Positions 1 to 7,754 of a stretch of 46,994 nt of DNA are shown here, piece by piece. Made by a program: the position numbers and the translations under genes. The first letter of the stretch is position 1, and each line of letters begins with the position of its first letter. The notes beneath the pieces were generated by a model. It worked only from the letters and a program-made list of their open reading frames with translations. It was not told the DNA's origin and made no database searches. Source of the stretch: a virus; the IMG/VR virus record IMGVR_UViG_3300001471_000004; one strand, 5' to 3'.

Positions 1-938
1 AGCGGCGTCGGGTTGACCACTGCCGTGCCATTCGCGCGCATGTAGTTGGTGATCGCCCAATTGCCGAGCCCACCACTGCTCTTGCCGAGATAAACCGCAA
101 CGGCGGTGTCGCCCGCCGCAGCGGCGATATTAGCCGCCCCTGGCGTCTGGATGCAGCCACCAACCGTCGCGCAACTCGTCTGGTTCCAGGTGATCGTGAG
201 CGGCGACGTGAACGTGACCTGATAGTTGGGGTACGTCGTCGTCGCCGTCTGACCGAAAGACGTGATCGTGGTCGAGCCAGTGATACTGACGTTGTGTGAT
301 GAGACGGTGCCCAGATCGGTGGTCGTCGCCGAAGCGAGATTAGTGAGTGGCCCGACACCGCCATATTGCACGCCCCCGCAATTCGTACACTCGAACTCGC
401 TGCCATCCCATTGGGCAATGACAATCTGGTTAGCCTGTATCTCGCCGCCAATCATCGGCACAGGCCCGTTCGGCCCGATATTATAAAAACTCGGCGGACA
501 AGTCCCGGTCGAACACGCGGGGTTTGTGGTCGCGGTGACGGTCTGCGACGCAACTTCAAGCGTGGTCACACCTGTGTTCGTCAGCGACGCGACGAAGATC
601 ACTGTGTACCCGGTAACGAGCGTAAAACCCGTAGGCGCGGGCGAAGCGAAGGTGATTGCGTTGGCTGTGCCCGTCACCGCCCCGCCGAAGAACACGGATG
701 ATCCGCCCCCGGAAGGCGGGATTGGCGTCGTCAGGCCGAGCAGCGCCGTGATGTCGTTATTTGCGCCTGCTGCAGCCGCGTTGCCGAGACAGACAACCAG
801 CGCGTTATAGTTCGCCATCACCTGACTTGCGTCGGCGGTCGTGCCGTTCTGCAAATTAAAAGGCAAGCTGCAAGTAACGCCCGCCGAAGCCGCGGACACC
901 CACAGCGAAAATATAAACCCAACAATCCAGCGCTTCAT
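1..938 (-). CDS. Tail-fibre-like protein, 5' part only (same gene as 42907-44619)
   Basis: ATG at 938 preceded by GAGGG. The N-terminus MKRWIVGFIFSLWVSAASA/G looks like a Sec signal. The gene is truncated only by the window edge. Confidence 0.7.
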   Translation of the reverse strand, partial: MKRWIVGFIFSLWVSAASAGVTCSLPFNLQNGTTADASQVMANYNALVVCLGNAAAAGANNDITALLGLTTPIPPSGGGSSVFFGGAVTGTANAITFASPAPTGFTLVTGYTVIFVASLTNTGVTTLEVASQTVTATTNPACSTGTCPPSFYNIGPNGPVPMIGGEIQANQIVIAQWDGSEFECTNCGGVQYGGVGPLTNLASATTTDLGTVSSHNVSITGSTTITSFGQTATTTYPNYQVTFTSPLTITWNQTSCATVGGCIQTPGAANIAAAAGDTAVAVYLGKSSGGLGNWAITNYMRANGTAVVNPTP

Positions 939-945
939 GGTGCCC

Positions 946-2607
946 TCACTGCTGCAGGTAGCCGAGCACCTCATAGCGAAGGTGCAGCCGACCAATCTTG
1001 ATCCCCGACGCACAGACGCCCGTCGCGACGATTGCCATCCGGCGAAACACGATAGGAAAATGCCACTGGAGCGGGCGCGGGTAAAGAGCGTTCGCAACGC
1101 CTTGCCATAACGCCTGATCCCAAATAAACGCGCCCCACAAAGTAGCGGAGCCTGCGGGAACAACCGTCACCGTATCAAGCACCACGCCATTTTGATCTTG
1201 CGAGGTGACCGTGATCGTGTTGCCGGCAACTAGCGCCATATGAAGCGTCGTCTCGACCATCGCCACCTCGGCCATCTGATCGGTGTCAGGAAGCATCGGC
1301 GTCGCCCAATTGAAATTCATCGCGACGCCGTTCTCGACATATGTCGTGCTTGAGGACTGTGCCGTGTCACTTTGAAATAGTGCGGCCGTGCCTTGTAGCG
1401 CGACGATGAACGAGTTAGCATAGGCGGCCATCAACGAAGCGGCTTGCGTGTGAGGCCCGGACCAGATGGTGCGAACGAAGTCATACCACCACTGCTGCTG
1501 CGGATTACCCGACGCGCCGCCGTTCTGCAGCTGCACTCGATAGATGCCGTTGTTGTAAGCGGCGCACATGCGCGACGGTGTGAGCGCCGAGACGAATGGC
1601 GCGGCAATGCCATCGCCGTCTACGCCGATCGGGTCCCCTACGTTCGCGCCGAAATCAATGACACGCACGCCGTCCGGCGCGACAAAGGCCAAGCCCTTGG
1701 GCGTCGAGACAATTGTGTTAGCCGCGTACGTTCCGGTGCCAGGATTGAGCGCATTGAGCGACAAATTCTGCAACGCGTAGTCGCCAGTGATCTGGTAGAT
1801 ATTGGTGACGCCCTTGAACACCATCATCGACTGGAGGACGCCGCCAAGCTGGTTGTCGAGCGGCACACCCCCCGCGCCAGTCAAAGGAACGTTGTCGCCG
1901 AAAGTCAGTATCTGGTTCGCGTTCGTGATAATCGTCGGCGTCAGCGGGTCGGAGAAGTACGCGGCTGGCATCTGATTTGGTGGATTGACGAGGAAGTAGC
2001 AGCGACCGTTGAAATTAAAAACCCATGTCGGTGGGGCGATCAGCGTGTTGGTCGTCGTATTCTGCGCACTCCATGCCGGCGCCGCGGGGTTGGTGATATC
2101 GAGCACGCCAAAATAGGCGTTGCCCGCACCGGTAAAGCCAGGGTGCGAGAATATGATCGTCGAACCCACCAGCGCCATCGACGGTGGGCTCCAAGGGCCG
2201 GCAGTCTGCGGGCTGATTGGTGTGTTTACAGCCGTGACACCAGAAATCGCTGTATAGAGCCCGGTCAGGATGTTGTACGCAAAAGGCTCGTCGTGCCCTG
2301 GATTGCGGGAGGTAGAAACCATCCCGTAGACCCACGTTCCGTAGACGCGATAAACAGAGACGAACGTCGGACCGACGAAAAGATCGGGTCCGAACGCGCT
2401 AGAAAACGCCGCCGACCAGGGCCGATTGGCGCCAACAAAATTAGCTAATGAAATCGCTGCCGGGCGACACTGCCACAGATCCCGCGTAGTTGGGTCGGGG
2501 ATCAGGTTCGTCAGCGCGCCCATTGCACCTTTCGGCGCGGTCGAGCTATCGAGGGTGTCAGACGCGCCTCGTGGTGACCAGACCAGTGGTTTGCCCGGTA
2601 AGGCCAT
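946..2607 (-). CDS. Virion structural protein, 553 aa (possible tail nozzle/tubular-B-like; family not recognised)
   Basis: Dominant long ORF with the stop 8 nt upstream of the fibre ATG. Gly/Thr/Asn/Pro-rich, beta-type composition, located among tail genes. Confidence 0.6.
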   Translation of the reverse strand: MALPGKPLVWSPRGASDTLDSSTAPKGAMGALTNLIPDPTTRDLWQCRPAAISLANFVGANRPWSAAFSSAFGPDLFVGPTFVSVYRVYGTWVYGMVSTSRNPGHDEPFAYNILTGLYTAISGVTAVNTPISPQTAGPWSPPSMALVGSTIIFSHPGFTGAGNAYFGVLDITNPAAPAWSAQNTTTNTLIAPPTWVFNFNGRCYFLVNPPNQMPAAYFSDPLTPTIITNANQILTFGDNVPLTGAGGVPLDNQLGGVLQSMMVFKGVTNIYQITGDYALQNLSLNALNPGTGTYAANTIVSTPKGLAFVAPDGVRVIDFGANVGDPIGVDGDGIAAPFVSALTPSRMCAAYNNGIYRVQLQNGGASGNPQQQWWYDFVRTIWSGPHTQAASLMAAYANSFIVALQGTAALFQSDTAQSSSTTYVENGVAMNFNWATPMLPDTDQMAEVAMVETTLHMALVAGNTITVTSQDQNGVVLDTVTVVPAGSATLWGAFIWDQALWQGVANALYPRPLQWHFPIVFRRMAIVATGVCASGIKIGRLHLRYEVLGYLQQ

Positions 2608-2631
2608 CCACGAGGAACCTCTGCAACGAGG

Positions 2632-3537
2632 TTAGAACTTGTATTCGAGCGATGCGCGTACGAGGTTCTCGGCGTTGAAGCTCGCGGTCGCCGCGTTCGC
2701 CACGCCGACTGACGCCGAACCATAGTTCAGGTAACGATACCCGATGTCGAGAATGATCTTCGGCGCGATGACGAACTTCGCACCAGCCCCTGTCTCGAAG
2801 CCCGTGGCGAAGCCGCGCTCGACGATGCCGGCCGCGACATAGAGGGATATCAGGTCGGCCGTCAGGTTGCTCGGCACGACAACCGGCGCCTGCGTGCCGA
2901 AGATGCCGGACAGCGTCCCGCCGACCTGCGCCTCCTGGTAAGCGAGCACACCGCCTTCGTTGTTCGTCACCCCGCCCACGTTGACCTGGTCGCCAACGCC
3001 GGCCTCGATCGCGAGGAACGTGGTGCCGTTCCAATACTGCCAACCCCCGTTGACGAAGGGGATCGCGCCGGCCGCGAAGACGGAACCGGATAGCCCGCTG
3101 CCGATGATGTCGGCGTTCGTGCCGTTGCCCGCGAAGCCACCGCCGACATACCAGCCAGTGCAGTAGACCGTCGTGCACCCCGAAGTCGCGGAGGGCGGCG
3201 TCTTGGTCACCACCTGCGCGCTGGCCGGCGTAATCGCGGCCAGCAGCCATGACAGCGCAACGGCGAGGAACAGAAGCTGCGCGACGTTGCCCACACTGCC
3301 GTCACGGTGATAGCCGGGGATTGCAGGCGGTGTCTCGGCGTAGCTCTTGGCGAGGTGCGACCACACACCAACGGCGAGCGTCGCAATAGCAGCGGCGATC
3401 TCGATCTGCGTCGCCGGATCGACCCACTGATTGAACATGGGCCATCGGCCGCTCACCATAACGAACAGCGCCCCGACGCCGCTACGCACCCAGCCGGCGA
3501 GCTTGCTGGTGTTCACCAGCGCAAAAATCAAATCCAC
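2632..3537 (-). CDS. In-frame ORF: N-terminal 2-TM segment, then a Sec-type signal, then an Omp25/Omp31-like 8-stranded outer-membrane beta-barrel. It may be made as two products from an internal GTG at 3294.
   Basis: GGAGG followed by 5 nt and GTG at 3537. Hydrophobic stretches are LAGWVRSGVGALFVMVSG and IEIAAAIATLAVGVW. An internal signal AQLLFLAVALSWLLAAITPASA/Q follows. The mature part starts CTGWYVGGGFAG, has alternating beta-strand patterns and ends in the OMP beta-signal ASLEYKF. Confidence 0.65.
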   Translation of the reverse strand: MDLIFALVNTSKLAGWVRSGVGALFVMVSGRWPMFNQWVDPATQIEIAAAIATLAVGVWSHLAKSYAETPPAIPGYHRDGSVGNVAQLLFLAVALSWLLAAITPASAQVVTKTPPSATSGCTTVYCTGWYVGGGFAGNGTNADIIGSGLSGSVFAAGAIPFVNGGWQYWNGTTFLAIEAGVGDQVNVGGVTNNEGGVLAYQEAQVGGTLSGIFGTQAPVVVPSNLTADLISLYVAAGIVERGFATGFETGAGAKFVIAPKIILDIGYRYLNYGSASVGVANAATASFNAENLVRASLEYKF

Positions 3538-3546
3538 AGCCACCTC

Positions 3547-4020
3547 CTACGGATCGAGAATGGGGTTGAGCAGCGACAGGACCGATCCCTGTATCGGATT
3601 GGTGTCGAGCTTCAATTCGCTCGTCTTGATGTGCGGTATTGTTACCCCGCTCACCCCGTCGAGCGTCTTGTTCAGTTCGTCAGTGTAATCCTGCATTTTG
3701 GCGTTGGCAACGGCGTTCCCGTCGTCGGAGTATTTGTGGATAAGCGCCAGATTTGCGTGTTGAAACGCTTCGTCGACCGGCCGCAACGCCGTAATCGATT
3801 GACCAATCTGCACGCGCAAGCCGCCGCCGAGATCGTAAATCTGCACCGCCGTCTTTTCGATCTGGCCATCCTTGATGATCTTCTGATAGCCGTCGAGCAT
3901 CAGCAGACCTTGCAAAACCTGCCGCGCCTGCCGGATCGTCAGCGGCTGCGGCGGATCGGCCGCCAGCGCCTGGCTGATAGCCGCGATACAAAACAACCCG
4001 ATCAACAAAACCCGCGTCAT
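3547..4020 (-). CDS. Secreted/periplasmic protein of unknown function, 157 aa
   Basis: ATG at 4020 with GGGAG 6 nt upstream. Signal peptide MTRVLLIGLFCIAAISQALA/ADPP. The upstream 57 codons of the tracked ORF overlap the fibre gene end and lack an SD. Confidence 0.6.
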   Translation of the reverse strand: MTRVLLIGLFCIAAISQALAADPPQPLTIRQARQVLQGLLMLDGYQKIIKDGQIEKTAVQIYDLGGGLRVQIGQSITALRPVDEAFQHANLALIHKYSDDGNAVANAKMQDYTDELNKTLDGVSGVTIPHIKTSELKLDTNPIQGSVLSLLNPILDP

Positions 4021-4072
4021 GACGTTCTCCCAAAAAGGAACGTCGAACAGAAGCACAAACATAACAGACTTG

Positions 4073-5452
4073 TCAACATGCGGTAACGAGACCACCAACG
4101 ACGGTCGGTAACACCGCACAGGTCTTGGAGACGCCAGCCGTACCGCCGGATTTATACCCACCAACGACGTTAAGCGTCTGATCCTGCCCAAAAGTTGCCG
4201 CTAGCGTTTCCGTGATCGAACTATTAGGCGTTGTGTAAATTGCACACTGCGTACCCAACGCGCTACCGTGTGTCCAGTTTTGAGTGGCCGAGCAACGTAT
4301 TTCGCCCGTACCGACTACGTTAGCAGTTCCGTCGTAGCCGCCGATCAATTGCTGCATCAACAAATCCCCGCTCGCTACAGCGGTTGGAGAAGCTACTGTA
4401 CCGTGCGCCTCTACAAAAGTGACTGCTGGATTAGTAGCGCCGAAACCAAAGATCACTAGCCCGTACCCAGATGCCGAGCTTTCTACAATATCAAGCGCTC
4501 CTGCCGCCCCTGACAGAGTTGGAGCACCGCTTGTAGCTGTCCAGTTTATGATCGGCGTCGCAGCGACGGACAAACCCGTCCCCTGCAATTTCCCCGAAAT
4601 ATTAGTGAGCAACTCCGGCGCATTTCCACTGCCGATGTTGGTTGTACCTTCCGTGATTGTCGTAACGGACGCGGCCGCCCACGCCGGCAGACCTCCGCTA
4701 ACCGTGAGCACTTGAGCAGATAACCCGATCCCCAAACGTGTAAGTACACCACTTGAGTTGCGATAGTACGTATCGCCTGTAGCGTCCGACCCTAACGTCA
4801 TAGTGACGCCCGCAACAACGAAACCGGTGCTGGCCGTCCCTGCCGTAAGCGTACCGACCGTGGCGATGTCCGTCCCCACAAGCTTACTTGCCGCGATTGA
4901 ACCGGCGAGATCGGCATTCGTCACCAGACCCGTAGCCGTGAACGCGCTTGTCACCGTCAGCCCGGAAATTGAAGGCGACGTAGCAAGCACCACGCTACCC
5001 GAACCGGTAACGCCGTTGCTTAAATCCGAGGCCGCAGGCTGCGTCGACGACGGCACACCACTCGTCGATATCGCGTTGATCCACTGGTGAGATACCGCAG
5101 CGTACGACTGAATTCCACCCAGGGTACTTGCACTTGGGTTTGGCAGCTGCGCTGCGGCCACCGTGCCTGATATGTTGCTGAACGTCGGCTGCGCGCACGA
5201 AAGCGAGCTTAGCGTCGCAAAGCCGGTCACAAACTGATTTGTTGGACAGGCAAGCGACGAGCCACCATTAGCGTCGAGCCACGAGTTGACCATGTTCGTA
5301 AGCAGCGTAGTCATCGTCGCAGGCGTGATCGAGCCCGGCGTGCTCGTCAACGTCGCCGTGATCTGGGAAAGAAGCGCCGCTTTCGTATTTTGCGCGTGCA
5401 CCGGCGTCGCCAGGGCAACGAGAACCGCGACCAAAAGGGCGATGCGTTTCAT
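4073..5452 (-). CDS. Tail-fibre-like protein, 459 aa, with Sec-type N-terminus
   Basis: N-terminus MKRIALLVAVLVALATPVHA/QNTK. Ser/Thr/Gly/Ala-rich fibre-type repeats. The C-terminal Cys-containing knob (GVSKTCAVLPTVVGGLVTAC) resembles the C-terminus of the 11205-12440 product. Confidence 0.65.
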   Translation of the reverse strand: MKRIALLVAVLVALATPVHAQNTKAALLSQITATLTSTPGSITPATMTTLLTNMVNSWLDANGGSSLACPTNQFVTGFATLSSLSCAQPTFSNISGTVAAAQLPNPSASTLGGIQSYAAVSHQWINAISTSGVPSSTQPAASDLSNGVTGSGSVVLATSPSISGLTVTSAFTATGLVTNADLAGSIAASKLVGTDIATVGTLTAGTASTGFVVAGVTMTLGSDATGDTYYRNSSGVLTRLGIGLSAQVLTVSGGLPAWAAASVTTITEGTTNIGSGNAPELLTNISGKLQGTGLSVAATPIINWTATSGAPTLSGAAGALDIVESSASGYGLVIFGFGATNPAVTFVEAHGTVASPTAVASGDLLMQQLIGGYDGTANVVGTGEIRCSATQNWTHGSALGTQCAIYTTPNSSITETLAATFGQDQTLNVVGGYKSGGTAGVSKTCAVLPTVVGGLVTAC

Positions 5453-5453
5453 T

Positions 5454-6188
5454 TCACCACCCGATGTTCTTGGTGTTCTTCAACTGATCAAACGGCCGCC
5501 CCCACCGCCTGCGATCTTTACCTACCGTGTGTACCGCACCCTCTCGATCCTCGACGTTCTTCAGATACGCGTTTAGCAGCGTCCCCGCACCGAGCGGATA
5601 CCGCATCGGGTCGTCGCCAAGGTACTCGGCCTGTCGGCTGTCGCCGGTGATCCCCATCAAGCGGCCGGCGAGGCTACGTATCAAAATCTGCGTATTGAGA
5701 AACCACGGCACCGTCGTGCTTGTCTGCGGGCTGGCAATGTCGGGCATGAGTTTGTAATAGCGCAGCGTGCACGGATAGCCTCCACTTGCCGGGGGCCACA
5801 CAAACAGTTGCGCGGGTGACTGCGAGAGGTCGGTCGCGTAGTTGTACGGGTAGGAATTAAAACCCGGTGTCTGCACCAGCCAATCATACTCGGCCTTAGT
5901 GACCTGGATCAGGGGGTACGGCACACCTTGGATCGTGTAGAAAAACTCATCCTTGCCGTCCTTGACCTGCGTACGCAGATAGTCGGCCGGTAAAAGGTAC
6001 GGACCCGATCCGTTACCCGCCGCCGAATTGAACGAGAAGACGAAGGTGCCAAGCGCTGCGTCGAGATCGTAGTTCTGACAAAGATCCTGTAGCGTAGCGT
6101 TCAACAACTGCCCGGCCTGCAAAACCATACCGGGACACTTAGCTTCCTGCGTTGCGAGAGTGACAATCTGCTGTGCCTGAAGCCCCAT
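5454..6188 (-). CDS. Tail tubular-A/adaptor-like virion protein, 244 aa
   Basis: ATG at 6188 overlaps the upstream stop (ATGA). Its position and N-terminal pattern loosely resemble podovirus gp11-type proteins. This is a weak assignment. Confidence 0.45.
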   Translation of the reverse strand: MGLQAQQIVTLATQEAKCPGMVLQAGQLLNATLQDLCQNYDLDAALGTFVFSFNSAAGNGSGPYLLPADYLRTQVKDGKDEFFYTIQGVPYPLIQVTKAEYDWLVQTPGFNSYPYNYATDLSQSPAQLFVWPPASGGYPCTLRYYKLMPDIASPQTSTTVPWFLNTQILIRSLAGRLMGITGDSRQAEYLGDDPMRYPLGAGTLLNAYLKNVEDREGAVHTVGKDRRRWGRPFDQLKNTKNIGW

Positions 6189-6637
6189 CAATCCACCGGA
6201 TGTATCTTCGCCTCGCAGGCTGCGATGTCGAGCTTGAGCTCGACGATCTTCTGCCGATATCGCTCGATATTGGTTTTGGCAGTGCCCTTCTGCGCAATTT
6301 CGTTCGGCGACATCTTTACCGGACCCTTGCGCTGCGACGCTGCCCACGCCTTCTCCGCACGAGCCTCAATGCCGTTAAAATCTTCCTCCATGTTTTTCAG
6401 CGTCGTCACATGGAGTTCGAGATTGGCTTTAAGCCCGTCAAGCTGATACTTCGCCTGCTGTCGATCGACAGCCTCGCCGAGCTTATCGAGCATGTCGTGA
6501 TACGCGCCCACCGGATCGTCGCGGCCGATATAGGTCTGCATCACGATCATGCGGCCGTTGTCGATCGTCACCTGCACCGTAATGGCGCAAGCCAATTCCT
6601 CCGCACCCGGAGGGCTTTTCACCTGGGGGACTTCCAC
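6188..6637 (-). CDS. Hypothetical virion-module protein, 149 aa, coiled-coil C-terminal half
   Basis: ORF in operon frame, translationally coupled to the downstream gene. Confidence 0.6.
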   Translation of the reverse strand: MEVPQVKSPPGAEELACAITVQVTIDNGRMIVMQTYIGRDDPVGAYHDMLDKLGEAVDRQQAKYQLDGLKANLELHVTTLKNMEEDFNGIEARAEKAWAASQRKGPVKMSPNEIAQKGTAKTNIERYRQKIVELKLDIAACEAKIHPVD

Positions 6638-6639
6638 GA

Positions 6640-7098
6640 CTACAACTCCGCTACGATGGGTCCATTGACGCCACGGGTGACCGTACCGGCGTCACGCGGG
6701 CCGAGCACGATGCTGCGCGGGCGCCGGCCGGGGCTAAAGCGGCTGCGGCCGTGGGTCTCGTCCTCGTGCTGCCAGGACCGCTGCATCTGCTCGTAAAGCA
6801 CGACGGCGCGGCTGCGGGGCACATCGTAAGAGTAGCCATGAAAATACTGCACCTCGTCGAGCATGACGTACGGCAGGAACGGCGCCAAGTCGACCGTGAC
6901 GTGCAACATCTGCTCATCGGGAACGTGCGCTTGTCGAGCTTCGCGCAGGGCTTCCTGAAAAAAGGCATCCCGCGCGTCCTGCTCCATCTCCGCAAGGACT
7001 GACTTGCGGGCTTCGGCCTTGAGCGCCTCGCGATCTTCAACCGTCAGCAAATCCTTGCGCACCGGGATCTTGCGGCGCACTTCCGGTTTCTTCGCCAC
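6640..7098 (-). CDS. Hypothetical virion-module protein, 152 aa
   Basis: GTG start at 7098 with GGAGG 6 nt upstream. Basic N-terminus. Confidence 0.6.
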   Translation of the reverse strand: MAKKPEVRRKIPVRKDLLTVEDREALKAEARKSVLAEMEQDARDAFFQEALREARQAHVPDEQMLHVTVDLAPFLPYVMLDEVQYFHGYSYDVPRSRAVVLYEQMQRSWQHEDETHGRSRFSPGRRPRSIVLGPRDAGTVTRGVNGPIVAEL

Positions 7099-7111
7099 GA
7101 ACTACCTCCGA

Positions 7112-7414
7112 TCAGGGAACGTGTGTCCATGCGGCGTTGGCAATGGCGTTCTTCGACACGAGGATCGGCCAGCCACTTGCATCGACGCCGACGTAATCGC
7201 CCGCCAGCACCTTCAAGATGCCACGGTTCGGCACATAGAGCAAGCCGCTCTGTGCAAAGGCGCCGACAAAGATCGGCTGGTTCGGGTAAGTGTTGATCTG
7301 ATCGTTGAGGATCAGGTTCGCGATCGTGGCGATGTCAGCCGCCGCCAGCGCCCCGGCCATCGGAAGCGCCGTCAGCGAATTGTTGGCCGTCGTGCCGAGC
7401 GTTGACGTGGCCAT
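7112..7414 (-). CDS. Hypothetical small head/connector protein, 100 aa
   Basis: ATG at 7414. The codon-by-codon translation was verified against the sequence. Confidence 0.6.
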   Translation of the reverse strand: MATSTLGTTANNSLTALPMAGALAAADIATIANLILNDQINTYPNQPIFVGAFAQSGLLYVPNRGILKVLAGDYVGVDASGWPILVSKNAIANAAWTHVP

Positions 7415-7417
7415 GGC

Positions 7418-7687
7418 TTAGTCCGTGCCGGTCGAGAAGTTCTGAATGCGCGTGATGTTCGTCGTCATCTGCGCCGCGATGTCAGCCGCCATCGCGTTCG
7501 TCAGCGTCGTGATGTCGGCGGACAGAAAGGTCAGGCTGTTCTGACCGCCTGTCTTGTTGAACAACGCCAGGGTCTGCGCGCCGCCTGCCGGCGCTAGTCC
7601 GACCTGTGGCCCGACGTTGCCACTCATCGGCCCGATGCCGGGGCCAACCCACATGACGTTGACCTGATACGTGATCCGATAGGCCAT
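7418..7687 (-). CDS. Hypothetical small head-associated protein, 89 aa
   Basis: ATG at 7687 preceded by AGGAGGG. The longer tracked ORF start lies inside the hairpin/intergenic region. Confidence 0.6.
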   Translation of the reverse strand: MAYRITYQVNVMWVGPGIGPMSGNVGPQVGLAPAGGAQTLALFNKTGGQNSLTFLSADITTLTNAMAADIAAQMTTNITRIQNFSTGTD

Positions 7688-7708
7688 AAGACCCTCCTGT
7701 TTAACCTG

Positions 7709-7747
7709 CAAGGACGAGCGGGCCGAAGCCCGCCCGCAGCACCCTTG
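7709..7747 (-). promoter_or_regulatory. Stable RNA stem-loop directly downstream of the major capsid gene (attenuator or 3' stabiliser)
   Basis: The minus-strand RNA reads CAAGG-GUGCU-GCGGGCGGGC-UUCG-GCCCGCUCGU-CCUUG. It has an 8-bp G/C stem with a UUCG tetraloop plus an outer 5-bp stem, and no U-tract follows. Confidence 0.5.
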
Positions 7748-7754
7748 AAGGCTG

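Larger units (their letters stand above)
1..3313. repeat. Direct repeat copy 1, identical to 43682-46994; wrap-around of a closed 43,681-bp genome
   Basis: Both ends read the same base by base, and all six-frame ORF translations are identical at a constant offset of 43,681. Both boundaries fall inside genes. Confidence 0.95.

Noticed and set aside
1444-2448. A 334-aa plus-strand ORF antisense to the 553-aa tail protein. Similar long antisense ORFs lie at 8001-9116, 12555-13463, 35663-36802, 38656-39606, 39822-40511, 41642-42439, 22887-23663, 31537-32427 and 28420-29040.
   Set aside because: They are Arg/His/Gly-rich with no SD sites, and each lies fully inside a better-supported gene on the other strand. 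These are typical shadow ORFs of high-GC DNA.
2558-3250. A 230-aa minus-strand ORF overlapping the barrel gene in another frame.
   Set aside because: It is an Arg-rich, low-information translation. The overlapping frame has clear OMP features (a signal peptide and a terminal EYKF).
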